From Styela clava (Eukaryota): a DNA stretch of 64,000 nucleotides. Below are positions 13,201 to 28,200 of the stretch, in pieces. Numbering within the stretch: position 1 is the stretch's first letter; every line of letters begins with the position of its first letter. The stretch is taken from NCBI RefSeq assembly GCF_964204865.1, contig NC_135253.1:13268001-13332000 (forward strand), given 5' to 3'. The notes beneath the pieces were generated by a model. That model was not told the DNA's origin. It worked only from the letters and a program-made list of their open reading frames with translations, and searched no databases. The position numbers were made by a program, and so were the translations under genes.

Positions 13201-16200
13201 TGTGTTGGAGCATTCACAAACGCACGAAAAAATGTGCAGGCTCAAATGCTGATATATCAGGAGCTAGGGTTTTTGAATGCCGTAAATACTGTAATTCATA
13301 TTGATGATTGTGCACATTATATATAGGTGCTTATAATAAGAGAGGAATTACGGTATTTGCTTTAGTCAACGATCTGTTATTGATATTGTCATCGGAATTT
13401 CAATTTATAGCATCAATTGTTTCAACAGAAAAATTTTTAGGCATAAAAACTATAATTGCACAAGTGGGCAGAATGAAACACTCCAATGGGTCTGGGCAAT
13501 ATCGTATGACTACGCCAATTTTATAATTATAACTTTGTTCAATAACTATTGAGTCTTACATATAAATCAATAAATCATAAAAAAGTCAATATAAAAATAT
13601 TATTTATAGGCGAAGAATACATTTCCTACCTTCTGAAGGAATTATAGTCATTGCCCGAAGCATGAATCTTTCAACTTCATCTACAGTTGTTTCTTCAGAA
13701 CATAACAATACTTCAGGGAAAGTTGGTAACTTGGGATCATTTTCGTCAGTTGCATACAATGATATCAGTAGCGGAATGACTTCCTGTTCTTGACATAATA
13801 AAAAGTTTGGAGATCCTTTTATTAAAGTAGAATGTGCATTCCTTATAGTAATGCCTGCTTGGCCCTGTAGTGCATCCATCTTACTATGTAAAATAGTGAG
13901 AAATTTTCCGAGATGACTGACACTTAGATAGTCTTTCAACGTTAATGTCTAAAAGTAAATAAATCTGATTCAAAGACTCAAAAAAAACTAAAAAACGTTG
14001 AGATTTCAGTTCACAGTACTTCACAATTGGAATTTATCAATCAATATTTAAAATAATTTTAGTATAGTTATTTGGAATGCAAGACAGTAGTTTGTAAACA
14101 ATTATTCCCTTCTGTTGTATGAATTTTTATTTATGAGAGAAAAGTATAGTATTATTCCATAAATACTCTGCTTGCTTCTTTGAAGTTACATGTTTTGAAT
14201 TAAGAAAGTCTATGTCAAGTGTAACAAATTCATTGTTTCATATGTGTGGACTGTGATCGTGAAAAAAGCAACCTTATTCAACATGAAACTAGTTACAAAA
14301 ATGAAATATGGTTATATAGATAATTTCATTCAGCTTTACCAACTTTTTGCATCAAAGATAACAAATTGAATCTAAATATAAGACCAATAAACTTATTCTG
14401 GATTTCCTAAAGAAAAGAATTATTACGATTGTGTATAAAACTCTAAATACAAATATCATATCAGTACCATAGTGCAGTTCAAATATCCAATGCAAATGGT
14501 TTTGATCGAAACCAGAATATCATTCTCCTGCTGTTCACTTTCTTGAAGCTTTGCAATTATACCTTCAAAAGTTTTGGCAGATCTACTTTGGAGTATGGAT
14601 CGATCTTCTTTTATATCATTCTGATTATATACAAAACCTAAAAATATTATTGTAGAGATATTCAATTACTTTCTATTTTTTCAGATATAGATTTTTCATA
14701 TTTAAAGCAAAATAAATAAAAGACATATCTGATAATACAACTCAATAAAGAGAAGTTTCCAAAGTATTCCACCAATTTAAACAATTTACCAGTTTCAAAA
14801 TTACTGTAGTATTGTTGGCCTCATCATTGAGTTTTGACTGAAAATTATTGGCACCAGTCCATTTTTAAACTAAAATCTACCTGAAGTTTGATCAAAAGCT
14901 TGACTGAGTTCAAAAATTATATTCTCATCATATTCATGAAGTAACATCCAATTAGAACAAGCATTCAAATCAGCAAATCCTTCTTCTTGCACAGCCGCTT
15001 TGGCAAGTGTTTCAGGGACATTTTCACTAATCACAAGAAATCGTACAGCTTTGCGCTTTTCTCGGTTTTCGAAAACTTCCTTTGTTACATTGTCCTCTAA
15101 ATTATTTTTATTAAATATCAATGTGAATAAATTGACGCAGAAAAACAAGAGTTCAACTAGTAACAATTTCATATACGTATAGCCAAAACTTTTCTCTGTG
15201 AACTTATTCAGATTGATTTTCGTTGAATAAATATATTTTAACAGGGCAATTTTAAGTAGGGCAAAAAACAATTACTGAAATAACTGAAGGTCTGGAGCTA
15301 CCGACGAAGTATTCAGAATTAATGTGTAGATATTCTAAAAAAAATTTTCAAAAAAAATACTTGTGGGCTCGATCTCTCATTTGCTCATTTTTTAAGTATT
15401 GATCAGAACAGATTTGAATAGATTGAGTTTTGTGTACTGTAAACCCATATTTGCTAGCAGCTACGCTTCAGTCATAATTCATGCTGTTTTTAGTAGCTTT
15501 TGGCATTTGACATTTTGACTTTTAGCTTTTTTTCAATCAAATTTTTTTTTCAACTTGCTCAAAAAATATATAGCAAAAAGATGTTTGTAAAAAGTCATAA
15601 TTGTTACTGTGCTGAATGCTGATACCCACCTGATTCATCATTCACTAACTCAGTATTGTTAGTTTCCTCGTTGGCATCATCAACTTTCATTGCCTCATTT
15701 AAAGATTCTCCAATAATACCAGTCATTTCATGACGTTGTAGATCAGACAACATCACATAGGTCTAAGAAATACACATTTGTCACAAAAATTTTGGGACAA
15801 ACTTAAATACCCTTATTACCATCTCTCTGACAAACTTTTTTTGGATACTCAGTACTCAAAACGCAGCTAAATTAATGTCATATACTGGTTGTCTCAAAAA
15901 TGTTGGATCCCACTTGTCCCAGATGTCCCACATGTTCCATGTATCCCACTTTTTATTATATTGTTCCTTTTGAAGTGCTTTCGGTCAAAACCTATTCTCT
16001 CATACACATTTCTATCAATATCATCGAAGACTTTTGTTATCTACACATTTGAGATTTGTCCAGATCAGACATTTTTAATAATAGTATTCTATTGTCTTGG
16101 TCAGAGGACATCAATATTTAGGCACACTGGTGCATATCATAAATTTCAATTTTATATCGATTCAAGATTACAACAATAATAATAGAAAAATCTAGTTGAA

Positions 16201-19200
16201 AAATATTTAAATATTGTGTTTTTGTAGAATGGTTGCCAAATAAATATAGATTAAAACTGGCCCGTTGATTGCTGACGCCTGGTTTAAAATAATCTATCGG
16301 TACATTATTCCAACCTACATACTTATCAATGACGTGTGTGTCACCCGATAAAAACTCGGCTGAGATATCAATGCGTACCTAACATTTCTACGTTAGAAAT
16401 TACAACTCATGTAACTGCAAAAGCAGATAAAAAACGTGCAGCTACAAATTTGCAAAAACAAAACATTTAATTTATATAGCTTTAACAGATAGGTTTCATT
16501 GTATTGGTTACGATAATAAAATAATAATTTCTTATCATTGCTAGGTTTTAAATTTACATCTCAACAAATCAACGGAAGCGCAGCATCTACGACTACCTGT
16601 ACATTATATTTATATCGTCTATTTCAATCCATATAGCGGAGTCTTTGTAACCATTTCCTGTGGTTGTTGGGCAATATCCAGAATCAAAAGTGAATAAAGC
16701 GTACACTTAAGGTCAAAGCAGGATTTTTGATAAAATTGAACACAAACAAAAATCCTCGCTTAGCAAAATTTCTCCAGATAAACATTTTTTTGCTTTGGAA
16801 TGAAAGTGTTTCAATAATAACAATATATTCGAAACAAGTAGAACATTTGAAACAAGTGGGACACATGAGACAAGTGGGACATGTGTGACAAATTGGACAC
16901 ATGGAACAAGTGAAGCACATGGGCCAAGTGGGACGCAACATATTTTAGACACCATAATATACTCCATCAATTTGAAGCAATTAATAGGTAGTTCTAGTAT
17001 GGCAATCTATTATGATATATAAATTTTCATTGAAAGAAACACTGTGATCTAAATAAATTTTTGGACACAGTTTTAGTTACAATATTGCATCCCAATTATT
17101 TGAAATAATGTTAAAACAATAAACAGGTTAGAAAAGTGATTAAAAATGTTGATGTTGTTGAATGAAGTCGGAATGAAATTATTTAATATTGAAAGTCATT
17201 GTCTCAAACTACTTAAAACTTTTGTTCTATAGATAAAACTTTGTGTACAGTATAACGCCACAATGAAGCCAAAATTTTAAAGTTTGATCATCATGGACGC
17301 AGGCACAAGTCTTATCCCCTATTGCAGTTGTTCCCAACCCTTTTTGGCTCGCGACCCCCTTTGGTGGTTTACACATACCTCGCGACAACCTGGCTCACTT
17401 TATATACTTATCTATATACTTATCACTAAAATAAGCGGCAAAGTGGAGGCGCAGTTCTTACTTCATGGTAGCTCTTGTCGTGGTTATGGTGCTATTGCCG
17501 GTCTATTCACTAAATCGTGTACTGTACCATATTTTAGTTTATCGTGCGGAATTATCTACTTAAACATGAAACCTAACCCCAAATCCATCAAAACTGCATT
17601 CATGTTCCAATATTTATTACCATCAGAGGCAGACCTGCCATTAAAGCCGACATGCCGTGATTACGGCAGCAAAATTTGACCCGCTTTTGGTATTCAATTT
17701 GCTGCCGCAGGAACGGCATCTTGCCATTGGTCTGTGGCAGCTAAATGGGTTTGGCCATAGCTGCCATGGTTTGGAAATCCCGCCATGGTTTTGCGGAAGC
17801 TTCAGACGCCAGAAAATACTTGAAACTACACTTGGCAAAGTGAATATTGTGTAATTTAATTTTTCATCAACCTGCAGTTTTACTGAATGTGACGGCTGGC
17901 TTTGAAACCGTGTAGCCAACTACGTAATTCGTGGTTTAGTTTTTGACAAAGCTAATCTCAATCATCCTCGACTTTCATTCGATTTCGTGCCTTTGTTTTT
18001 ATATGAAGAAGAGCTGAAAAGCCGCTTTCATATTTCTTAACGTTATTTTTTTATTGTCGCTTCTTCGCCATGGTAAATAAAATAACGGAATTATAACGAT
18101 ACTGCAGTATGTAGTACTGATGTATGATAATCTGCACGATGAAACAACATAGACTACAAGCTTATCCTGCAGTAAACCCCATGGTATTGAAATATTGGCG
18201 TTCCACTGCATTGCTTCGAAGCCCGCGTGTATTCCGCATCGTGGCGCGCGAAAATGCAGACGAGTTTGTGTGACGTCACGATGGTTAACATGCCATAAAC
18301 ATCTCGCGTCGCTTGCTTGGTTTTCAAGCAGGAAGCGACATTCTGGGATCTCACGACAGTTAGTGGAAATCGCGTTTTATTGACAATATTTAACCTAAAG
18401 TCTTGTATATTTTCTACTGTTTTGCAAGACCTTCTCGACCCCCCTAGAAACACGCCGCGACCCTCAGGTTGGGAACCACTGCCCTATTGTAAAAGGAACA
18501 ACCTGGAAGGGGATAGATACATTTCAAAGAACATATTCCTACTGTTTTATTCAGTGCAGTGATAAGATTTATATTCAAAATCAGGGCCAGGCATGCTCAG
18601 ATTCATTTTGCTCACTCACCCGATCTTCCAACCCACATTGTCTCATTTTTCCAAGTTGTTGACACAAATATTTTATTTGCTGAATACTAAAATCATTCAA
18701 ATAATAATGTTTCAATCTCATCAATTTTACCTGATCATCCCATCTGAAACAACGAATGCAAATATAAAAAAGTGGAGAGCTAATTGAATTGATGGTTCAT
18801 ATTTTAAATAATCAAAATTCTGTAAGGCGGAAGCAACCATTCAAGTACTAGTACACATAATTTCGAATTGTGTATGCATTACATGCACCATGGCATTGCA
18901 CTACTAAAAACCCAGTATAGATTCAAAATAGTCTTCAAATTTTGTATTAGATTATTATGGGGGGTTTACCTAACAGTTGGTTGAAAATGAGTTTTTAACA
19001 GTCCAATGCAATGAAAGGATACACAATTCTCAAAGTCAACCCAAATAGACAAGATTACTGCATTTTTCCATACAAAAAATGATGATCATAAATCACCCTG
19101 TAATTGGTGATAGTATATCATTAAACAGAAAAATAGATAAGCAAAGCTATGTGACAAAGTACCTATGGTTTCTTAATTGAAAAAATTAAAATAAATAGTT

Positions 19201-22200
19201 AAAACCTTTTCAATATATTCTTTAAAATATCAGCCAAAAATTTAATGTCTTGTATGCTGGCCGTTTTAACAAGTTTTTGGACTCCTTTTTTAAATGTTAT
19301 ATTCAAAACTAGTGTGTGTTCTGTCATCATATCCATATCCTTTGATGACTTCGAACTGAAAACAAAATATCAAAATTAGTTTACTTGGGGTTTTTAAAAC
19401 AGCTTTCATGATTAGCAGTAAGGAAATTTAGCAACTATAACAATTGCATTAATATACAGAATAGTAAGTTAATTGTTGATAATCAAATGCACGTTATATA
19501 TTGTGTATGAATGGTTATTCCACTCATACTGAATGAGAGCCTATCACATTACAACTGCAACATTTTATATTATCTATGAGGAGGGAATAAAAATTTGATA
19601 GCAAAACATTGTCTTTACCTAATAATAGCATTCCAATCAGTAAATAGCATGAATCCTGCATTGACCAAATCCACATAAGCCTGCGCAAGATTTTCTGTTG
19701 CATTCAAGAGTTCTTGAAACTGTAGGACATCTTTTTGACCCTCAGTTCCATCTTCAGATATTAACATCAATTTAGATTCAACCTCATGCAAGTAATCAAT
19801 ATCCACATCTAAAATTTTAAGGTCAAGTTTATCTTCTTTTTATCACTTCAATACATATCCCACAAGATTAGTTTAGGGTTTAAATCACATAATGGATGGT
19901 TATATACTAAAATATATCAGGATAAAATACTTATTGAACAACCAACAAGCCACATGTTGTTTGACACCAAACGACAGAGCAATTAAATCATCAAAATAAA
20001 ATGGAACAAAAAGTAAACTGAACATTCCAGCTGGTTATAAAAACAAGAAGTCCTATATGAATTCAAACAATAACAAACATGTAGTGGTTTGAAGTTTACA
20101 TCATTGATATCACAGAGATTGATTTCTAGATGTTTCTTCAAGCGTGCACAAGTTGAAAATATGATATACATTAATGTTTTCAGAATTTCAAGCAGATATA
20201 TTTAATTCTAAGAATTAAACTGCTTAAGAGGGAAAAATAAAAATTAATCATTATTTATAATATTTTATTTTTATTGCAATCATTCTTACTATTTTCAAAA
20301 GCCTTCATCCGAATAGCATTAATTTCATCATTACCTGTCATAAAAAAGCAAAAACAGCATTAGAGATAATAAAATGAGTTTATCAATATTCACAAACTTC
20401 AATAATAAAAAGGTTTTAGATGATCTTATTGGAAATTCTGAATGCACTAAATAAATTACACTTCAGACCTGATAGGACAAAAATTAGTATGTAGATGGTA
20501 GTTATTTTCTACCTCAATGAATTTCTGAAAAAATTGGCAGTGAATATGTGGTTTTCATACAGTTGATTGAAACAAACTAAAATTCTTGAAGTTTCAATAT
20601 CATTATTTAAATCTGTTCAAAAATGAGAAAGGAATATATTATTATTTTACCGTCTCCATTTGTTTCGGATGGACCTGATAAATCAAGTTTGATGCTTTCT
20701 TTCAATGTTGCAAAGTTGGAATTTGTTTTTTGTAGATTACCAATTGTATAAACACCATAATTGTTTACTTCTTGAGCATAACACAACACAGCTTTTTCCT
20801 CCGAGCCATACCATTGTTCATTTGCCTTGTACCATTCAATGTCTTTACCTGAGTCTGCCTATTGGTTGAAAGATGAAAGTGACACTAATTTGTACATACT
20901 AAATTCTATCACAGTAAAATATTATTGGGATATAGAATTATTACTATGGGATAAATGTATTTATCTCAAGAGATGAAGAATGACAATGGAGTAACATAAT
21001 TATTTGATGAGAAACTTTCTTTACCTTTTTTTGAACCAAAGAAGTACTCATAAAAATCCTAATATTGAATCTATGCAGGTTAATCAGCAATGACATTAGG
21101 GCAGCACAATGTGACAGAGTATATTAGGCCTATGTGACATACTGATGAAAATAACTGCGAAATGAGCAGAAGTAACGATTACAACAAAAAATATACAAAT
21201 TGAAAAACAAAACCATTTTTACCCATTTACTCAGTAGAACACCATCAGATTCAACATTTGTCCAAACGGTTTTGCATCTTCTAAGCAAGCTTTTTAATCC
21301 AGACAATTTATCGAGATGAAATATCAATTTTTCAAATCCTGCAACACCATCAGAGAGAAACAACCATTTGGCAGCATACATAGGTTCATGTCTCATTGAC
21401 TCCATAGCAACCATACAGAGACCTCTAACATCAGATTCATCTGAATTTTATGAAAAAAATATTTTAATAATGACAAAATATTAAAGACATAAGGTACAGA
21501 ATTTGATTTAATGACTGCCATATTACCAGTCATTTTCGTCTGCAGCCATTTAATTAATTCTGCTTGTTTACTGAAAGCTTTCAGTACATCCAACTGTTTT
21601 TTGTTAATTTCTATGACAGCACGCAGCTTTTCAAAGTCTTCAACTGATCCATCCTGGAAGGTTCCCTAAAGCAATATTGTAAATACATCAATACCAATTA
21701 GTTTGTTATACATACAAACAAACAAAAGTTTGAAATTTCAAGCCATATGACCAAGAATAATCACACCGATTTGAAATATTTTAGTAGAGGCAATTTTGAT
21801 TGCCAACCAATCAAGTTTGTAGAAAGTACAAAACTAGTAAAGCTTGGATTAGATCGCTATTACTCATAAAATCAACAGGTACTAACACTGCAATTGAATA
21901 TTTTATGATAAAAAGTAGACATGTCCAGTCATATATACTTTTGTACATTTCATTACATCTACTAATGTAAATTACACTTCACACTGGCTATTTTCAGAAG
22001 ATCAGATTCAGATATTTCCCTTTTGTTGTGCATGAAATATTGTAAAGTTGAAAAATGCGAAAAATTTGAAAATGAGAAAGAAAGAATCAACCAGAAATGA
22101 TATTATTTGTATTATATTTTAGTCTAGCTTCCTAATATCAAACCCGAATGAGTGCAATTACAACATAGGAATAGGAGGCACGTAGTAATTAATAATAAGT

Positions 22201-25200
22201 ATGTAATTTGCAGTACCTAAATTTTATATATATATGCTATTTTAAATATTTGCATTGTATAGTAGTGGGAATCTAAATCGGACCATGTTAGCATTAGCAA
22301 GAGCACAAATGGCCCAGTTTTGCATCATACCAATGTGATTCAATAAAGTCTTGTTTAACAAAACTCAAGCTTAACACAGTACTTCAATTTAACTCTTCAA
22401 ATGATTTAACAGTTATGCTGGGGATTTGAATACCCAAGTGCATACTTTATTTATATAGATGCCAAGAAATTTAGAAATAAACATTTTCAAGAATGAAGCC
22501 CAGAATGTAAATTTTAAAACCATTAAGGTTTGTATTTATCCAGAGATATCAGCATAGGCATCACTACCTAGAAGTTTTGTAGCAATTCCGCAGCAAGATT
22601 ATTGATCATCAAAAACAGTGTAGGTCCCAAACAAAAACCCAGTGGGACCCTGTGGGTCACAAAAAAGGCAGCAGAACAATATGTACCCGTTCAAACTTGT
22701 TGCGTACTATTAATCAAATTAATAGTGAGTAGTTGATTTGCTACACCTAAGGAGCCACAACTTATAAATTAAGTTTTTGTGATTGACGGTACCTAAAGCT
22801 TTTTAGTCCAATAAATGTTTTACTAACATATACTTTCCTCTTCAATTTATCATACTTAGGGTCGTATTTAAAATTACATGAGATGGGCAATTTTTGCTAT
22901 GAAAACCGAACTGTGATTATAAATTACACGCTTCATAAAAAAATCAGTAGCTTATTATAACTTTGATAAACATATACTTTGCCTATAGCAGTAAAATATA
23001 AGTTTATGTTTTGTTTTGCCTGTTTTAAAGAGTGGAATTCATTTGGCTAAGTGAAAGTTTGAATATTCCTAATCGAAGTGTCATTGGTGCTGGATTCACA
23101 AATATGAATTGATTTACTGCCTTACCAAGAAATATGTCATATAAATATGTCATATAAATTCATTTACGGTATATATATTGTTGGAGAATTCAACAGGAAA
23201 GCTTGATTCAACAGAGTAAAATTACTTGTACTTTATCTTGATTAATCAGACATTGGAATTACCTAAGTTTCTACATTGTCAATGACAGGGAGGTATGATA
23301 CTTTATGATGTATGAGCATGATTGACTGTTGGCATGCGATATGGAAAAGATCAGTGATATCTGATGATATAACATACAAATTAAGTTTCATATCAGTCAC
23401 TTTTATATTCATTTAATTCTAAAAGTGTGGGTGATAAATGTGTTACCATCATATGACTATGTTATAAAAAAAATATGGTTATAGGCAGTGTGCATGTCAG
23501 AATATTCGGCAATTTGAGTACTACTTGATGCTGCTGGTATATCGAGATAACAATTTCCCACTATCATAAAATGTTTTAAACAATACTAAAAGGTAGTTAT
23601 CGAATATGCAAGTGCAAAAATATCATCAATTGGGAGGCTTATAGTTAATTTTAAGACTAAACTTATTTACTATGCGTCAGGTTCATTTCAGACCATAATT
23701 CTTCACAATGGGTAGACTAGTGGGATTTGTGGGTACTCACTTAGTATGTGTACCAGATTGAGATTAGGCCATCATTTTATTCTGATTTTCCTAACTTTAG
23801 TTCTATTACGAGTTCGGGGACTGTCTGTGTTAGCCAAGTGAATATACCCCCTGCCCATAGGCTTCCATCCCTTTACAAAACTTGATTTAAAGTAGTCGAA
23901 CAAAATTAGTTACCTTCTTATTGGTACACATCCTTCTGGAGCGCCAACCAGTGATTTTTAAAATGCCCCCTATGAGTTGAAAAGCCCAATAGTGAAAAAA
24001 TAGTGGGCAGTAATGTGTTCTTGATAAAATTGGTCAAAATTATAGCACCTCTGTCATATAATGATGCCATAACTTATCTTCTCAAATTTCATTGAGCATA
24101 CTCCTAACCCCCCATTTTACACGAGTACTTTTCTAGCTGTTTGTCCTTTTTTATATAAACCACCTGAAATTTATGAATGGCACTGAAGTCTCCTTTTAAG
24201 TTATGACTTTTCTGAAAATCTGATATCCATTGAATTGTCTCCATGCTCCTTTGTATTTTAAAGTGATACGCAATTTGTCTTGCTCGAAGTGTAGACTTTT
24301 TCTCAGAATCTGCTTCTAAAAATAATTTTGACATAAAATCTGATTGAAGACATATAAAATTTCAATCTAATTTGTATTATTATTTTTTTTTTAAATGTTA
24401 CTTTTAATATTTTTGACATGATAGCATTTTTGTAATTGAGGTTAATTCTAAAGGTTGTACGAATGGTAAAATTTATGGCTTTTCCATGTAATTTCCACAT
24501 ATTCTTTTCATACCTTCAAAATATTTATAGAGAACAAGAAGTTCACACTTTATCTTTGCCTCATCTCCATCAGTGAAGTCCAAGGTATCAAGTATGTATG
24601 TATGTATGTTTATTCGTCTCGTAAAAGCAATATAAAAGAGTAAGTAATTATAAATACTGAAGACGGGATGTATGCACAAGACCATCTTGGCCTAAAACAC
24701 AGATGTGCGGCATACACCCCTTTTGATATATATAAATTATAATAGGGTAAATCGAATATGTACAATATGGTCCTTTATACAGGCAGTTGTGCAAGGAGGG
24801 TGGGTGGATGCGGTAACAGGGATATGGGTGGAGTGTACAAAACTGTTTGTACAAAGGAGTTTGTTAGACAAAACAACATCTATAAATAGAGACACAACAC
24901 AACATGAAACACACTGCATATGAATATAGTAATAAAAAAATTTTTTTAAAAAAAAAAAATTAAGAATCTGGATGAATGTACAATACCATTGAGTGATGAT
25001 ACCACATACTATAAAACGCGGGAATGGTCAAGTTTAAAGAGTGTGTACATATATGGTATGCACCACTCAAGGGCGACAGTGTTATAAGTGGTCTATGGCT
25101 GTTCTGGCCAAAATGTGACCCTACAGGTTTTGGTGAAATATGATAAAGGTATGTATCAAGTGACTCACTATTGTAAGGTTTTTTTTGGAATTCTAGATTC

Positions 25201-28200
25201 AGCTAAAAACAATGAAGTTTCAAAAAAAAAAAAAATAATAATAAAAAGCATTTCCACAAAACCTATTATGGTTGCATTTCAGCCAGAAGATTAGAATGGT
25301 ATAAAGGTACAGTGGGATAGGGAATGATAAGTTAAAAAGAGAAGCCATTTTACCATGTCATGGATTTTCCAATGTAAATTAAAATAATAAAATTATATGG
25401 TATCCTGGGATGAGCAGAAGAAAAAGTGTGATTCGGTGATAGGTAGCAACAATGGAAATAAATTGAACAGCATGCTACTCAAACAAAAACCATTGTCCCT
25501 ACTCCCTACTGTTTGAGCATTGAAGTTCTATTGAATTGTACTATCTATAACCTAAATTGCTGTGCTTTTGTTGTTGTCTAATTACGCATGATAATGAAAT
25601 TAGAATGGTGTGCTAGTTATTAATTCAGTCCATTGTTCTATATTGAATCCGGGTGAAGTATCCTGTGGAGTTATTGAAATTGTCAGCTGGTCTATGGTGA
25701 CTGAAGAGGAGGACAGTTTCCTGATAGTTCATTCAATCCAAATAATCAACAGCTCTCCCTTTCAGTGTTGAATTGACCTTAAAAAATAATCTCCAAACAG
25801 TAACATGTTCAAAGCAGAGAAAATTGCTAATATGATGATAATATATATTGTTTAAGTTTGGAACAAAATTCTGAGTTCGATTTTGAATTTTTGATGTCAT
25901 CGGGTAGGGAATTCCAAGCTTTTGGTCCACATACTGCGATTGATTCTTGTGAAATACTTTTACTGACAAATGGAATAAAAAAATTATCTTTATTTCTGCT
26001 GTTTGAATTTGAGTTTGCTTGGAACAGGCTGTTCAGGCTGGACGGAAGCTCTCCAATGTGACAAGAGAACATCATATTACATAGTTCGAATTTAGCTAAA
26101 TCCACAACTCGTAGTAGCCTATGCTCTTTAAATAAGTCATCAACTTTTTTGCGATTACCTCTATGAAAAACTCTTCTAATAAAGCGATTGCAAACACTTT
26201 GAATTTTTTTGAGAATGGACGATTGGCGATGAACATAAGCTGAGGCACAATAACGAATATGGCTTTCTATCAGAGAGTGGTATAGAGATATTGAACAAGA
26301 TGTATTTAAGTTGTTGGCTATTTTCGTAATGGCACTAAGAGACGACCTTGTTTTCGATAGAACCATATTGGTGTGTTGTTTCCAAGACAATTTTTCATCG
26401 ATCATTACACCCAGAAAGCGAGTCTGATTAACTCTTTCTATATTTATTCCATTTAATTCCAAATTTTGTTGCAGAGTTGGACACTTTTGCTTCGGCGTGC
26501 TAAATATCATATATTTAGTTTTATCGACATTAATAGTGAGTTTGTTCGCAGACAACCAAGCTTGAATATTTTCTAAGTCGGTATTTGCTTTGGTCAAAAC
26601 TTCAGGCAAGTTTTTGCCTCGAAGATATGGCGTTGAGTCATCAGCAAAAAGTATGATATCAGAGTGAAGAAGAGAATTCGGAAAGTCGTTAATAATGATT
26701 GAAAAACATAATGGAGCCAAAATAGAACCTTGTAAAGTACCTACAGTCAAATTACAGTATGTGCTAGATGCTACATCATTGTATATAACTACTTGTTTCC
26801 TTCCTGATAAGTAGCTTTTAAACCAATTATAACTCTGACCTCTAACGCCAATATGGTGCAATTTGGCTAGTAATATGTCATGGTCAATACTATCAAATGC
26901 CTTGGAAAGGTCCAAGAACATACTGAGAGTATACTCATTCTTATCAAATCCTTCTAGAATTTTACTGACAAGCAGGGATGTTGCATGAGATGTTGAATGA
27001 TTTTGACGAAAGCCAAATTGTTGTGAATAAAAGAAATTTTTTTGGTCCAGGAAATGGTTGAGTCGTTTGTACATAATTTTTTCTAGAATTTTTGAAAATG
27101 CTGGAAGTAAGCTGATCGGTCGGTAGTTTTTCACATCTTTTGCATTTCCTTTTTTGAACAATGGCATAACTTTGGATAATTTGAACTGGTCTATGTATTT
27201 ACCAGATTGTAATGAGCAGTTAAAGATATGTGCGAGAGCACAAATACAATTCCAGGGCATCATTCGTATAACTTTAAAGGGAATTCCATCTATTCCACAA
27301 CTGGTTTTGGGTCGAAAAGATTTCAGAATATTTTGGACTTCGAAAGCTGTTGTCGGGGCAAGAAACATGGAGGTTTTACTGGGATGCCCCATATATTGCT
27401 TAAAGTCATCCCTTCTAGTATGAGTAAACCGTTCGACCATTTTATTTCCAATTGTAGAAAAGTGCGAGTTAAAATGATCTGCTATTTCGACAGGATCCGA
27501 GGTTTCCTGGCCATTAATAGAAAATACTTTTGTTAGATTTGGTTTAGAACGCCCAAGCAGATCGTTCATAGTACGCCAAGTTTTCTTAAGATCATTACGA
27601 TGTCTACCTAGTAATGACTTGTAATAATTTTGTTTCTTAGCAGTTATCAATTTCTCATATTTTTTCTTGCATTCTGAATATTTAAATTTGGTCTGCTCTG
27701 ATTTTTCAGTAAGATAGTTTTTGTATAGTTTATGCTTTTTTTTCTGCATTTTTAAGAGTTCCTTGTCAAACCATTTATTAATATTTTTAATATTTCCTTT
27801 CTTCAGAGGGAAGCAAGTTTTAAAAGATTCAGAAAAATACTCATTAAAAATTCTGAAGGCTATATCAGGATCTGTTTTGCTGAACACAGCAGAAAAGTCA
27901 CTTTGTTCTAACATGAGTTTAAAATTATCTAAATTTGAGATATTATATTGCCTAAAGTATTCGTTTTCTGCCTTGCGAAGTTTTTTTCTTAATGGAATGC
28001 AAACCAGGACTGGCAGGTGGTCTGAAATAGGATCCACTATTATTGCACTGCGGGGTTTACAATCAAAGATGTTTGTCCAAATATGGTCAATGATTGTAGA
28101 GCTGCTTTGAGTGATTCGAGTTGGCTTTGACACCACAGGGTAAAATGAAGCCGAATTCATCAGCTCACAAAATTCATCTACAGTCTTGTTTGTTTCCAGA

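Noticed and set aside
11963-13520. hAT-like left end CAGGGTTGGGCAA with GGGCCGGATG motifs
   Set aside because: No convincing right TIR or TSD, so it was not called as a bounded element.
16684-16970. Cys-rich ORFs (CxxC repeats) resembling metallothionein or cytochrome c
   Set aside because: They are translations of the 9-bp subrepeats of a MITE arm.
18731-18743. Apparent 13-nt microexon (AG-ATGGGATGATCAG-GT)
   Set aside because: The frame continues with RNF213-like HYYLNDFSIQQIKYL to a better donor at 18619; it is a normal 124-nt exon.
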